From contig CP058602.1 of the NCBI GenBank assembly GCA_013426185.1, positions 271,123-335,122 on the forward strand: DNA of 64,000 nucleotides, in the 5' to 3' direction. The translations under genes were made by a program, and so were the position numbers. Below are positions 36,321-46,816 of the stretch, in pieces (within the stretch, counting starts at the first letter, position 1; each line of letters opens with the position of its first letter). The DNA comes from Candidatus Woesebacteria bacterium. GTDB taxonomy: Bacteria > Patescibacteriota > Microgenomatia > UBA8517. The notes beneath the pieces were generated by a model. The model was not told the DNA's origin. It saw only the letters and a list, made by a program, of their open reading frames with translations, and ran no database searches.

Positions 36321-37177
36321 GAATTCTTAAGATACCTGAAATAAGCCCTTGGGAACCTTAAAGCTGAAAAGAAGCTGAAGACTATCCCCTGCCAGCCATC
36401 AAGTATACCCTTATGTCTTATTTGAGTTAAAAAGAACCAATGCAAGGGTTTAAAAACAAAGAAATTTAGAAATTGAACAGGGTTTTTACCAACTCCATCT
36501 TTCTTCAAATTTTTTGCAATCAGGTCTATATACCTTGAATTCCTTTCAAGGTATCTTTTGAAATTAGGCGAATCATAATGAAAAAGCGGTTTACTAAGCC
36601 ATCCAACCCTACCTTGAACTACTATTTGCTCATGAACATCCTTGCAAGGAAAATAAGCCTTTCCCTTTTTGACCAATCTAATGACACCATCTGGATAAGT
36701 ACCACCATACTTTAGAAACTTACCTAAAAAATAGTTTCTTCTTGGGATAAAAAAACCAGCATACTCCCCATTTCCCCCTATTTTTCCATCTCTTTCTTCA
36801 AGCAAAGCCTGATGTCTTAAAAACAAATCTCTTTCTTTTAAAGATTTTTGATACAAATCAATTTCTTCCTCACTCATATTAATTATTTTTTTAATTTCGC
36901 AAGCAAGATCTTTTGAGACAACTTCATCAGCATCAAGCTGCAAAATCCAACTATACCGCGCAAGATCTAACGCCTTTTGCTTATTGATATGGAATATTGG
37001 AGGATTATCAGTAACTAAAACTTTAGCTTTAAATCTTTTTGCTATTTGGACAGTTTTATCCTTTGAAGAGCCATCAACAACAACTATTTCACTGGCAATA
37101 TCAATAACCGAATCAAGACATCTGCCAATATTTTCTTCCTCATTATATGTCGCTAAAACTACCGAAAGTTTATTCAT
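36317..37177 (-). CDS. GT2 glycosyltransferase (WaaE/KdtX beta-1,4-glucosyltransferase-like)
   Basis: ATYNEE, VDGSSKD, WILQLDADE, YPD..IRL, VHEQ. Confidence 0.88.
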   Translation of the reverse strand: MNKLSVVLATYNEEENIGRCLDSVIDIASEIVVVDGSSKDKTVQIAKRFKAKVLVTDNPPIFHINKQKALDLARYSWILQLDADEVVSKDLACEIKKIINMSEEEIDLYQKSLKERDLFLRHQALLEERDGKIGGNGEYAGFFIPRRNYFLGKFLKYGGTYPDGVIRLVKKGKAYFPCKDVHEQIVVQGRVGWLSKPLFHYDSPNFKRYLERNSRYIDLIAKNLKKDGVGKNPVQFLNFFVFKPLHWFFLTQIRHKGILDGWQGIVFSFFSALRFPRAYFRYLKNS

Positions 37178-37178
37178 A

Positions 37179-38777
37179 CTAATAACTTGAAACTATATAA
37201 AAAGCGTCACTGCCATTTGGATATTTTACCAGCTTTAAGACTGAAAAATCCTCCCTTCTTCTAAGACCAGTATACTTATAAGGCTCAATTACGTAAATAA
37301 CTCCATCAAGAGGTGTACTTTCAATCCAATCCCAACCGCCAAACTGATACCTGTCAAAAGAAAATACTGTATTGAAACTACTAGCAGTTGTTCTATCGTA
37401 TTTTACTGTTCTGAGAAATTCCGGCAAAGGCACTTTTTCATACCAAAGGAAGAAAACATATGGCTGTTGACGAATATTATCTACATAAACCTGATTATAT
37501 TTAGGATTATTTTTCAAAAAATATACAATATCTTTCATACCATACTGCCATTCAATAGCCTTTTCTGAATAATTTTTAAAATAAGAATAAATCTGAGGAA
37601 ACAATTCCCAAAAAAATAAAACAAAAACAGAAATTAAAATCAAACCCTTAAAGTATTTAGAGGAAAAAAGATCAATTAACCTAAAAAAACCATAACCCGA
37701 AAGAAATTCAATTGGACCAAGCATAAAAATAGCCCTAGTTGCATTTGCTTCGCCCCCAGCAAAAACAGCAGGAAGAGGAGCTAGTACAACCCACAAGATA
37801 AAAATTAAAAGAATAGAAAATTTCCTGCTAGAAAATAACAAAATAAAACCCAATAAAGCTAAAGAAAATACAACTTTTGAAAAGAGACCTCCATAACCCA
37901 TACTCGCGCGAGGAGAGACACTACCTTCTTTAAAAAGATAGTTGTAAGAAAAATAGTCCTTATAACCCGAAAGTCTGTATTCCAACTGTCCCAAAAGCCC
38001 GCTACCAGTCTTCTGAAAAAGATAGGTCTTTGCCACAACTTCACTAGACAATTTATTCTGATTGATTCTTGCTATCCCTAAAAGGCGTGGCTCAAAGAAC
38101 AAGACACTAATAAAGACCAAAAAAACAAAAAAGCCAATGGCAAACCACCTGAATAATTTAAAAAGATCTCGAATAAAAACAAATGTTAAAAGTAAAACAA
38201 GAGGAGGAACAACTATCAAGGCCGAGTGATAAGAAAGAAGAGAAACGCCAAAAGAAAAGCAAGAAAAGGGTAAGAGAACTTCTCTACCCTTTTTGCTCAA
38301 GGAGGCTTTAAACAAGACTAGACCCAAAACGAAAAAGAAAAGAGCAAAATGGGCTTCCCAAAGACCACGCGAGTAATGAATATCATAAGAAGAAAAAGCA
38401 ATTGCAAAAGCTGAAAAAAGACCTGCCAAGTCGCTGCCAAAATAAAGCTTACCCAATAAGAAAAATAAGGGAATTAAAAGTATCCCAAGCAAAGCTGAAG
38501 AAAAACGTGCAGAAAAATCACTAACCCCAAGAAAATTAAAAACCATAGAAGTGATATAGATATGGACAGGCCTTTTATCATCCCGAAACGAAGCAAAAAC
38601 CAAGGGCAAGGTTTTCCCCCATTCATCTTTTGCCCAATTTTTAATAGTATAAGCATTATAAGAAGCAGCCACTTCATCCCAATTCAAAGAAGGAGGAATT
38701 TGATCAAGCTTATAAAGCCTTAAAAAAGATCCTATCAAAAAAATAAAAATAAAGATAAAAGAATAAATTCTTTTCAT
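37179..38777 (-). CDS. ArnT/GT83-GT39-like membrane glycosyltransferase
   Basis: PPSLNWDEVAASYNAY, DEWG..LPL, WQYG. Confidence 0.82.
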   Translation of the reverse strand: MKRIYSFIFIFIFLIGSFLRLYKLDQIPPSLNWDEVAASYNAYTIKNWAKDEWGKTLPLVFASFRDDKRPVHIYITSMVFNFLGVSDFSARFSSALLGILLIPLFFLLGKLYFGSDLAGLFSAFAIAFSSYDIHYSRGLWEAHFALFFFVLGLVLFKASLSKKGREVLLPFSCFSFGVSLLSYHSALIVVPPLVLLLTFVFIRDLFKLFRWFAIGFFVFLVFISVLFFEPRLLGIARINQNKLSSEVVAKTYLFQKTGSGLLGQLEYRLSGYKDYFSYNYLFKEGSVSPRASMGYGGLFSKVVFSLALLGFILLFSSRKFSILLIFILWVVLAPLPAVFAGGEANATRAIFMLGPIEFLSGYGFFRLIDLFSSKYFKGLILISVFVLFFWELFPQIYSYFKNYSEKAIEWQYGMKDIVYFLKNNPKYNQVYVDNIRQQPYVFFLWYEKVPLPEFLRTVKYDRTTASSFNTVFSFDRYQFGGWDWIESTPLDGVIYVIEPYKYTGLRRREDFSVLKLVKYPNGSDAFYIVSSY

Positions 38778-38780
38778 AAA

Positions 38781-40343
38781 CTATTTTTGATAAACAAAAA
38801 ATGCAACCTTATCTGTCACTAATATCTTATCAATCAAAAATCTCTCCTGCCCCACCATTTCTTTATCAGAAAAAACCAAAACTTCTTCTCTTAGATCCTG
38901 ATCTTCAACTTTCTTAAACACAAATTTATCAAAAGAATAAACAGTTGAAAAACCCCATCTATCATAAGAATTGTAGGTCACTGATCGCCAAAATTCTTTT
39001 GGGTCATAACTATTATAGAAAAGTGCAAAGATATAAGGCTGAGCATAATTTTCAGAAACAACTACCTTCTCGCTTTTTCTAATTAAATCTTTTCTATCGT
39101 AAAAAACCTGCTTGTACTCGCTCTGCCAGCTTGAAGCTGAAATCAAATTATAAGTTTTCAAAAAACGCAGAAAATAAATACCAAATAAAACTAGATAAGA
39201 AAAACAGACAATATTAAAAACCATTTTTTGTTTTCTCTTCTCAAAAATAGCCACAAAATCAATAATTCCAAGAGAAATAGCTAAAGGCATAAGAAAAGCA
39301 AAAAGAATAGATCTTAAAGAATGGGGGGATTCTTTAGTAAGGCTTGCTGGAATTGGAGCAATCAAAAAGAGGAAAATCAAAAACAAAGACTTAAAATCCT
39401 TTTTTCTTGCAAGCTTTAAAAGACCAAGAAACAAAAACGGCAAACTAAGAGGATAAATTTCACCGAAACCAGGCATCTGGCTTCTTAAATTTTTATCCCC
39501 GCCAAAAAATAAAAAATCAAAAGAAAAATGAGAAAAGTAGTTTCTGACAAAAGCAATCAACTTGTCTTTCCTTTCGCCTTCTAAAGAAAGAACTTGAAAA
39601 CGAAACGCACCACTATCAAATTTATACAAGCGATATGCAGGAAGCAAAGAGACTCCAATAATTATAAAGGATAAAAGCAAAAATATTAATTTCCTGCCCA
39701 AATTGCCACTTTGTTTAGAGAAAGCATCTAAAAATAGAAAAGTAAAAGTCAAAGGAGAAATAATGCGAAAAGAATTATAAGAATAAAAAGAAAGGACAAG
39801 AGGCAACAAAAGCAAAAACATCACTCCAAAGATCTTTAAAGAAAATTTGCCGGTATCAAACACAAGAGGACTAAAAACAAACCACAAAAATATAAAAAGC
39901 AAATAAAAGAAAAGACCCGAAGAGGCTTCATAACCCGTCCTTGAAAAAATAAAATTCCAAGGCAAAATCAAGAAAAGAAAAGAAGATAACAAAGCAAGCT
40001 TTTCTTCTTTAAAGATTCTCTTAACAAGTAAATAAATTAGAATAAGGGAGAGAAAAGAATAAAAAACTGAAGGCAATCTGAGAGAAAGCTCGTTCAATCC
40101 AAGGAAATAGACAAAAGGAATAACAGAATAAATATAAACAGGCAACTTAAACTCCCCAAAAGCGCGAAAATGCAGTGGCAAGAATTCCCTCCACTCATCA
40201 CGGCCGGTTTTTAAAACCGAATAAGCATTATAGCCAATCGAAGCCTCATCCCAATAAACAGACGAAGGAATAGAATTTATCTTATATAAACGGGTAAAAA
40301 GAAAAAGTATTATCAAAAGCAAGAATATTTCTTTGTTTTTCAT
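38781..40343 (-). CDS. ArnT/GT83-GT39-like membrane glycosyltransferase
   Basis: YWDEASIGYNAYSVLKTGRDEW, GEFKLP, SPHSLR. Confidence 0.82.
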   Translation of the reverse strand: MKNKEIFLLLIILFLFTRLYKINSIPSSVYWDEASIGYNAYSVLKTGRDEWREFLPLHFRAFGEFKLPVYIYSVIPFVYFLGLNELSLRLPSVFYSFLSLILIYLLVKRIFKEEKLALLSSFLFLILPWNFIFSRTGYEASSGLFFYLLFIFLWFVFSPLVFDTGKFSLKIFGVMFLLLLPLVLSFYSYNSFRIISPLTFTFLFLDAFSKQSGNLGRKLIFLLLSFIIIGVSLLPAYRLYKFDSGAFRFQVLSLEGERKDKLIAFVRNYFSHFSFDFLFFGGDKNLRSQMPGFGEIYPLSLPFLFLGLLKLARKKDFKSLFLIFLFLIAPIPASLTKESPHSLRSILFAFLMPLAISLGIIDFVAIFEKRKQKMVFNIVCFSYLVLFGIYFLRFLKTYNLISASSWQSEYKQVFYDRKDLIRKSEKVVVSENYAQPYIFALFYNSYDPKEFWRSVTYNSYDRWGFSTVYSFDKFVFKKVEDQDLREEVLVFSDKEMVGQERFLIDKILVTDKVAFFVYQK

Positions 40344-41980
40344 TCAAATACATTAAACGCTCTCTTTCCATTAAGAAAGTCAACCGAATAAAGTAAGCTT
40401 GTTCCTTGAGGGGTTTCATCGGGAGTAGCTATAAACAATATTTTCTTGCCTGCAAATTCTTTTCTGATATCACTAACTTTCGTTCCTTCATCACCAAGAT
40501 CGGGAAAATAAAACTTATCAAACTTAAGAACACGCACCCAGTCGTAAGTTTCAAAACGAATAAGGTTTTTATCATCTTGAAACTTACTTGGAGGATAATT
40601 CAAATAAAACAAAGTAAACATATGAGGTTCCCCATACTCACGAGTAAAAACTATTAGATCATACTTACTATAGTTTTCCTTTATATACTCGACAACCTGT
40701 TTATTGCCATATTGCCAATCGCGAGAGTACAAAACTGGATACTGGTTATAGAAATAGAGTTGGTATCTAATAAATTGATAAAGAAAAATAGTAAAACAAG
40801 TAGTAATTAGTAAGTAGTAAGTAGTAAGGTTAAGAGATTTTAAGTAAGAAAAGGCATAGTAAAAACCAATCGCTGTTAAAATCTGATAAACAGGTGCTGC
40901 ATTTAGCGTTCTTAGAGCATGAGGAATACTGTCACGAGTTAGTGATACTGGAATAAAAGCAGTCAAAAGCCACAAAATTAAAATCCACCTATATCTATTT
41001 TTCTTTCTAAAAAGAAGGTAAAGTCCCAAAATTAAAAACGGAGCTTGAATAAAGTATAACTGACCTATTTTTTGCGGATGGTGCTGCTTATGCCCCGCTC
41101 CTGAGACAAAAAGAAAGTCAGGAGTAAAATGAGCCAAATAATTTTTAGCTACATAAAAACTAACAAAAGTGTATCTATTGTAAATCAACCTTTTAAATAA
41201 AAATGGTAAAGTTGATAAATTTCTTCTTTCCTCAATCCTTGGGATAAGACCCGCTTCATCAGTAACACTCACCAACTTATAACGGGCTCTTCCTTCCCCG
41301 AAGAAAAGAAAATAAAAAATAGGCAAAATCAAAACAGAAAGAAAAAGAATTGGTAAAAAAATCTCTTTGCGCTTTTGCCATACTTTTTTGAAATAAACTA
41401 CAATTAAAAGAAAAATAAATATAGGGATAAAACCGCGAGCTGAATTGTAAGTATACATTGAAAGAGCCAAAAACAAACTAGAAAGAAAGAAAAATTTACT
41501 GTTTTTAATCCCTTTGACTAAAAATAAAATTCCTAAAATAAGCCACATCAAAGCAAAAGATGCTTCAAAAGAAGCTCTTGTTAATTGGATATGCCAGGGA
41601 GAAACTGCCAGGAAAAAGGCTGAAATTAAAGCTATAGTTTTTAATTTAGTAATCTCAAGAGTCAAAAAATACAAAAACAAGATAGTAAGTGTTCCATAAA
41701 TAACTGGGGTAATACGAACAGAAAAGTCATTCAAGCCAAAAATAAAAATTGCAGGAATGGAAAAATAAATTTGTCCAGGGAGCTTATATTCACCATAAGA
41801 TTTGAAATGCAAAGGTAAGAACTGACCCCATTCATCACGACCTGTTTTTAAGATCGAATAAGCATTATACCCAATTGATACCTCGTCCCAATTCAAAGAA
41901 GGAGGAACCTCAAGAACCTTGTAAAATCTAAGAAAAAAGGCCAAGATAATAATAAGAAAAAGTAAGATTTTATTTTTCAT
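40340..41980 (-). CDS. ArnT/GT83-GT39-like membrane glycosyltransferase
   Basis: LNWDEVSIGYNAYSILKTGRDEWG, GEYKLP, SPWHIQLTR, PHALR, WQYG. Confidence 0.85.
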   Translation of the reverse strand: MKNKILLFLIIILAFFLRFYKVLEVPPSLNWDEVSIGYNAYSILKTGRDEWGQFLPLHFKSYGEYKLPGQIYFSIPAIFIFGLNDFSVRITPVIYGTLTILFLYFLTLEITKLKTIALISAFFLAVSPWHIQLTRASFEASFALMWLILGILFLVKGIKNSKFFFLSSLFLALSMYTYNSARGFIPIFIFLLIVVYFKKVWQKRKEIFLPILFLSVLILPIFYFLFFGEGRARYKLVSVTDEAGLIPRIEERRNLSTLPFLFKRLIYNRYTFVSFYVAKNYLAHFTPDFLFVSGAGHKQHHPQKIGQLYFIQAPFLILGLYLLFRKKNRYRWILILWLLTAFIPVSLTRDSIPHALRTLNAAPVYQILTAIGFYYAFSYLKSLNLTTYYLLITTCFTIFLYQFIRYQLYFYNQYPVLYSRDWQYGNKQVVEYIKENYSKYDLIVFTREYGEPHMFTLFYLNYPPSKFQDDKNLIRFETYDWVRVLKFDKFYFPDLGDEGTKVSDIRKEFAGKKILFIATPDETPQGTSLLYSVDFLNGKRAFNVFE

Positions 41981-43637
41981 AATTTCTCTTCTCTCTAATA
42001 TTCTTCCAGATTAAAAAGGAAAATACAAACAAACTAATCAAAGTTGTAAATAAAGATACGTTAATTATTAATGTTCTTTTAAAAACAACTTCTATCTCGC
42101 TTGAAGACCTAGAAACAAAGACCTTCAAAAATGGTTCGCTTTTGATATCTTGCTTCACATAAACACCATCTACTAAGACACTAACAAAAGGATAATTAAA
42201 TTTTGGTAATAATATGCTTTTCTCTTCGTCAAATAAAATTTTATACTTACTAGAATTTATACTTTCTGAGACTAAGCTAATCTGACTTTCGTTAATTATT
42301 TTTTCCTTAAGTTTGGTGTCAATAGAAAATAAACTAGCTCCCTTGGGAAAATACTCGTTATAAGTGCTTGTTGTTGACTCGCTTTCAATAAACGGCCTAA
42401 ATTCATTCTCAGCAAGAAACATATTAGGCCGAATATGGTTTCGGTTTGTATAAAAGGCGACAAAGAGAATTAAAAAAGGAAAAATATAATAAAAAATCTT
42501 GCTTTTTACCTCTTCTGTCAATAAAACAAACAAAAGGCTGGTTAAAAATACATTGGGGTAAATAAAACGAAAAGGAAAGTCAAGACCAGTCTTTGAGATA
42601 AACTTTTCCCAAAACAAAGACGAAGAATAATTAGTAAAAAATATGTTAATTAAGAAAGCAAGAATCAAAAATAAAACCAGGCTATCAAACTTAAACGACC
42701 TGAATAATCCCAAGAGGACAACTGACAGAGAAAACAAAAAAATAAGCCACTGGGCTATTCCAATCTGAAAAGAAAAAGGATTTTCAGAAGCAGATTTAAC
42801 AATTATTCCAAATCCCCATTTGGAATAAATAAGCTGGCTTAAATTAACAAAACCCATTTCAAATATTCTTGGCAAGCCGAGGATATAATTTTTGTAATAA
42901 AAAGCAGGAAACAAGTAGAAAGATGAAATTCCTAGAGAAAGAAATACTGAAAATAATATCGTTTTTAGAAATTTAATCTTAAACTTTGATTTAAAAAGAA
43001 AATATAAAGACAAAAAGAAAAAGGATGGTAAAAAAACAATCAAAGTGGGAAAATGAGAAAGGATAACGCCTGAAAGGCCGGATGTCATCAACAAACCCCC
43101 ATCTAACAGCCTACCTTTTTGAATCCTTAAAAGTCCCAAAGCTATCAATGGAATAAAAATAAAAGTAAAGGAAATACCCACTGCAGCCGAAACAAAAATA
43201 ATTAAAAATCTATAAGGAGCAATAAGGTAAAGAAAACTAGAAACAAGAGATAAATATCTCCTACGAGAAAGCTCAAAAGCTAAAAGGTACATAGTGACAC
43301 CTGATAAGAAAAAGCTTAAGAAAAACAAAATTTTAACAACAGAGACATCACTTAACCCAAAAAACATAAAAATTGAACCAAAGATCCAAGGCAAATGATA
43401 AGAAAACAAAAACAAAGGATAACCAAAACCTGAAGCCGCATCTGAAAGATAATAAGGAGGAAATTGGCCCTCTTTCAAAGCTTGAAAATAATAATTAAGC
43501 CGAGCCAAATTGTGCCAAATATCATGAGCTGTATAAATGCCAGACTGAAAAATATAACGAAGTGTAAATAAAGAGAAAATAAGAATAAACAAAAAAGACA
43601 AAAAGTCTTTCTTCCTTAAAAAATTCAAAAAAAACAT
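41970..43637 (-). CDS. YfhO/PTPS-related-domain membrane protein (GT-C-like)
   Basis: AHDIWH, GFGYPLF, APYR, FPFRF motifs. Confidence 0.72.
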   Translation of the reverse strand: MFFLNFLRKKDFLSFLFILIFSLFTLRYIFQSGIYTAHDIWHNLARLNYYFQALKEGQFPPYYLSDAASGFGYPLFLFSYHLPWIFGSIFMFFGLSDVSVVKILFFLSFFLSGVTMYLLAFELSRRRYLSLVSSFLYLIAPYRFLIIFVSAAVGISFTFIFIPLIALGLLRIQKGRLLDGGLLMTSGLSGVILSHFPTLIVFLPSFFFLSLYFLFKSKFKIKFLKTILFSVFLSLGISSFYLFPAFYYKNYILGLPRIFEMGFVNLSQLIYSKWGFGIIVKSASENPFSFQIGIAQWLIFLFSLSVVLLGLFRSFKFDSLVLFLILAFLINIFFTNYSSSLFWEKFISKTGLDFPFRFIYPNVFLTSLLFVLLTEEVKSKIFYYIFPFLILFVAFYTNRNHIRPNMFLAENEFRPFIESESTTSTYNEYFPKGASLFSIDTKLKEKIINESQISLVSESINSSKYKILFDEEKSILLPKFNYPFVSVLVDGVYVKQDIKSEPFLKVFVSRSSSEIEVVFKRTLIINVSLFTTLISLFVFSFLIWKNIREKRNYEK

Positions 43638-43640
43638 AGA

Positions 43641-45140
43641 CTATTGAGCCTTGTTCATTACCAAAAAACGCCAAAAAAATGGTATTCTTAATTCTGATAT
43701 TTTACTTGATTCAACAATCGGACAAGACTTGCTTTGGCAAGCAAGCTCAAAGGAATTGTAAATATACTTGACATTAAAAAATAAACCTAAAATCACGATA
43801 ACCAAAATCATAAGCTGAGTTGTTTTTTGAATAAACTTCTTTCTAAACAAAAGATTTAATATCGGCAAAAAGAAAAAGAAAACAATCCAAAACCTATATT
43901 GGTGTGGCAGAACGTTAGGATGAAAAGGGTTAACCAAAAGCATTCGGTTGCCAAGCAATAACCCAAAAGCTAAAAACATACTAAAGAAATCGGATTTCTT
44001 AAGAATAAGCAACAGACCCCAAGCAATTAGAATAGACAAGAAAGGATAAGAAGGGAAACGATACCAAGCCAATAAATCATTTTCCCCTCCTGAAACCATA
44101 ACCACCAACACCCAAAAGACAAAAGCCATTAAAACGACAAATTTATCGCCTTTTAATCCTTTGAAGAGAAAATAAGCAGAAGAAAGTAAACCAAAAACAA
44201 ACCAGCTATCACGAGTTATTTGTGTATCAAAAGACGGCGTGATAAAAAACCATGCAAGGCTGCCAAAACCAACAGGTCTTGATGACTGTATAGAGTTAAT
44301 TCTCTTAAAGACCTCCCAATCAAGATGATATCCCCACCAAAAATAAAAACCCACAAAAGGTAAAGTCAAAAACAACAAAAGAAAGGAATAAATAAAAGCT
44401 TTTCTATAGGAACTTTTCCTGCAAAGATCCATAAAGACAAAAAATATGGCAAATAAAATGATAAAAAAGCCTGTAGGTTTTGAAAGGCCAGCTACACCGG
44501 CAAGAATAGGCATTAGAATAAGGTACCAAAACGATTGTTTTTTTCTAAAAAGAAGAATTAGATAAACAAGAATAGAAAAACACAAAGTTATTAATGTTTC
44601 AGGCATAGCTGTTCTTGATGCAAAGACAAAGATTGGAACAGTACCATAAATTAGCATTGAAAGCATTCCAACCCAAAAACCAGATATATGAGAAGCTATT
44701 AGAAAAACAAAAATAGAAGTTAAAGCCGATATAAAAATCATAGGATAACGAATAAAAGTAGATGGGACAAAATCACGCTCTTCTACTCCAAATTTATTAG
44801 CAAAAAAACCAACCAGATAAGAGAAAAGAGGTGGTTCATCAAGCCAAGGTTTATAAAGAGTAACCGAAGCCTTAGGATCTCCACCTTTATAATTTATCTC
44901 TCCCCTATACACCTCTCTACTTTTCGGATAATCAAGGGTAGACCAAGAAATAGGAACCCCCGACTTGATTAAACTAACTCCACTTAAAGCGTAAAGTTGT
45001 TCGTCTAGATGCCCTACCCCTGGTGTTTTCTCATAATTATGAGCTCGCAAGATAAATGTAAAAATAAGAACTAGCAAGAAAACAAAGAACTTAAAAAGAA
45101 AAATTTTGAACCTAAAGCCAGACTTTAAAAGATGCTTCAT
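43641..45140 (-). CDS. PMT/ArnT-like membrane glycosyltransferase
   Basis: HLDEQLY, WLDEPPLF, ASR..MPE, GLSK; ATG at 45140 preferred over TTG at 45143. Confidence 0.72.
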   Translation of the reverse strand: MKHLLKSGFRFKIFLFKFFVFLLVLIFTFILRAHNYEKTPGVGHLDEQLYALSGVSLIKSGVPISWSTLDYPKSREVYRGEINYKGGDPKASVTLYKPWLDEPPLFSYLVGFFANKFGVEERDFVPSTFIRYPMIFISALTSIFVFLIASHISGFWVGMLSMLIYGTVPIFVFASRTAMPETLITLCFSILVYLILLFRKKQSFWYLILMPILAGVAGLSKPTGFFIILFAIFFVFMDLCRKSSYRKAFIYSFLLLFLTLPFVGFYFWWGYHLDWEVFKRINSIQSSRPVGFGSLAWFFITPSFDTQITRDSWFVFGLLSSAYFLFKGLKGDKFVVLMAFVFWVLVVMVSGGENDLLAWYRFPSYPFLSILIAWGLLLILKKSDFFSMFLAFGLLLGNRMLLVNPFHPNVLPHQYRFWIVFFFFLPILNLLFRKKFIQKTTQLMILVIVILGLFFNVKYIYNSFELACQSKSCPIVESSKISELRIPFFWRFLVMNKAQ

Positions 45141-45147
45141 CAAATGA

Positions 45148-45156
45148 ATTATAACA
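45148..45156 (-). promoter_or_regulatory. Extended -10 TGtTATAAT 7 nt before ATG (leaderless)
   Basis: Minus strand reads tgttataat tcatttg ATG. Confidence 0.6.
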
Positions 45157-45172
45157 TTATAGAAGAATAATC

Positions 45173-46816
45173 TTACCTTTCAGAGCAGGGCTTGTTTGTA
45201 TTGTAACCAAAAAGATAAGCTTCGCCTCTTAGATCTTCAATCTCAAAAACTTTAGTAAGGAAATGAGATTTCATTTGATCCTGAGACACAGAAAATCTAT
45301 CTCCAACTAAAAGCAAGTCTTTACCACAAATCTCACCCCACTCAATAGGCTTAATTATAATATTGTCTATCACAAAAATCTCATAAGGATTAACTTCACC
45401 ACTATAGTAAGGCGTTATCAGTTGCGACTTCAGATTATTCTGCATCAAATATGGGTCAGCGCCCAGAATATAAGCCGACACCGTTCCTATACCCCATGCT
45501 CTGTCTGTCCTATCAATATAGATTTTGTTTTCCCTATACTTATCTATCTGCTTCAAAAGCTTAAGATAAGGGAAACTGCCCTCTGAATTTACTATCCGAT
45601 ATTTAAAAAGCACAAACCTCGAAGTGTACAAAATAAATAAAGAGTAGATAAGCAGTAGGGAAAAAACCAATAAACGAAATAGCCCATTCTTAATAAATTT
45701 AAAAACCATATAGAAACCATAAGAAATAATGTTAGTAATTAACCAAAGAAACACCAACACCCTAATAGGAAAAAAGATATCTCCTGTAAGACCAGCAGGA
45801 ACTGGAGATATTAAAATCAAAAAACTAAAAACTTTTACAATATTCCTATCTATATTATTGATAAAACCTCTCAACCCCAAGACGGCTAAAAACAAAAACA
45901 AAGGATAAAAAACACTCAAATCAGGACCTACTCTACCGAGCTCATTACCTGAATTAAAGAATAAATTTTTGGGAGAAAAATAATCAAGATAATGGCCGGC
46001 AAAATTTTTAAAGGCAAACAATACCTTTCCACTAAAGTCTGAGTTAACAAAAGCGGGATCACTAAAATAACCTACCTGTGCCAATCTTCTTGTCAAAGCG
46101 CCTGTTTTTGCAATATACAAATGAGGCAAGATAAATAAAAGAAAAACAAAGAACCCATAAAGCAAAGCTTTCTTGTTAGCTTTAAAGTAATTTCTAGACA
46201 AAATGATAAAAAAGAAAATGTACAAAAAGGCTGTAACTCTTTCCGTGTAATAAGTATGTGTTGAAAGACCCAAAAACAAACAACCAAGGACAAAAAATAA
46301 AGTTTGTCTTCTACTTTTCTCAAGAGATAAAAGGGTAAAAAACACACCCAACCCAAAAACTAAAACTACCAGATTTCCCTCAGCAGTAAGTCTCCCAAAA
46401 TGAACAGACCATGGAGAAATGGCTACAAACAAAGCAGCGAAAACGCCCTGCAAAATTTTTTCTTCTTTTTTTCCCAAACCGAAAAACTTCCAAAAATAAA
46501 AAGAAAGAATCACTAAAAGAACTCCCGAAAAAGCCGAGACAAACCTAGCAGCGAAAATGGTGTTACCAAATAAAAATACTGGAATAGTAGTTAAATAGGT
46601 ATAAACAGGAGGCTGATATGAACCGTTAGCCCGAAAAAGAATAGGAAAGGTTTGGCCGTACATATCGCGACCTGTTTTAATAAGCGAGTAAGCATTGTAA
46701 GCTATTGAGGATTCATCAGCATGAAAGTGAAAAGAAATATCCCCTAGTTTCCAAAATCGCAGGACGAAAGCCAAAACAAAAATAGCAAAAAGAGATAATT
46801 TTTGCGCTTTACTCAT
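45173..46816 (-). CDS. ArnT/GT83-GT39-like membrane glycosyltransferase
   Basis: HADESSIAYNAYSLIKTGRDMYG, YQPPVY, ISPW..FGR. Confidence 0.82.
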   Translation of the reverse strand: MSKAQKLSLFAIFVLAFVLRFWKLGDISFHFHADESSIAYNAYSLIKTGRDMYGQTFPILFRANGSYQPPVYTYLTTIPVFLFGNTIFAARFVSAFSGVLLVILSFYFWKFFGLGKKEEKILQGVFAALFVAISPWSVHFGRLTAEGNLVVLVFGLGVFFTLLSLEKSRRQTLFFVLGCLFLGLSTHTYYTERVTAFLYIFFFIILSRNYFKANKKALLYGFFVFLLFILPHLYIAKTGALTRRLAQVGYFSDPAFVNSDFSGKVLFAFKNFAGHYLDYFSPKNLFFNSGNELGRVGPDLSVFYPLFLFLAVLGLRGFINNIDRNIVKVFSFLILISPVPAGLTGDIFFPIRVLVFLWLITNIISYGFYMVFKFIKNGLFRLLVFSLLLIYSLFILYTSRFVLFKYRIVNSEGSFPYLKLLKQIDKYRENKIYIDRTDRAWGIGTVSAYILGADPYLMQNNLKSQLITPYYSGEVNPYEIFVIDNIIIKPIEWGEICGKDLLLVGDRFSVSQDQMKSHFLTKVFEIEDLRGEAYLFGYNTNKPCSER

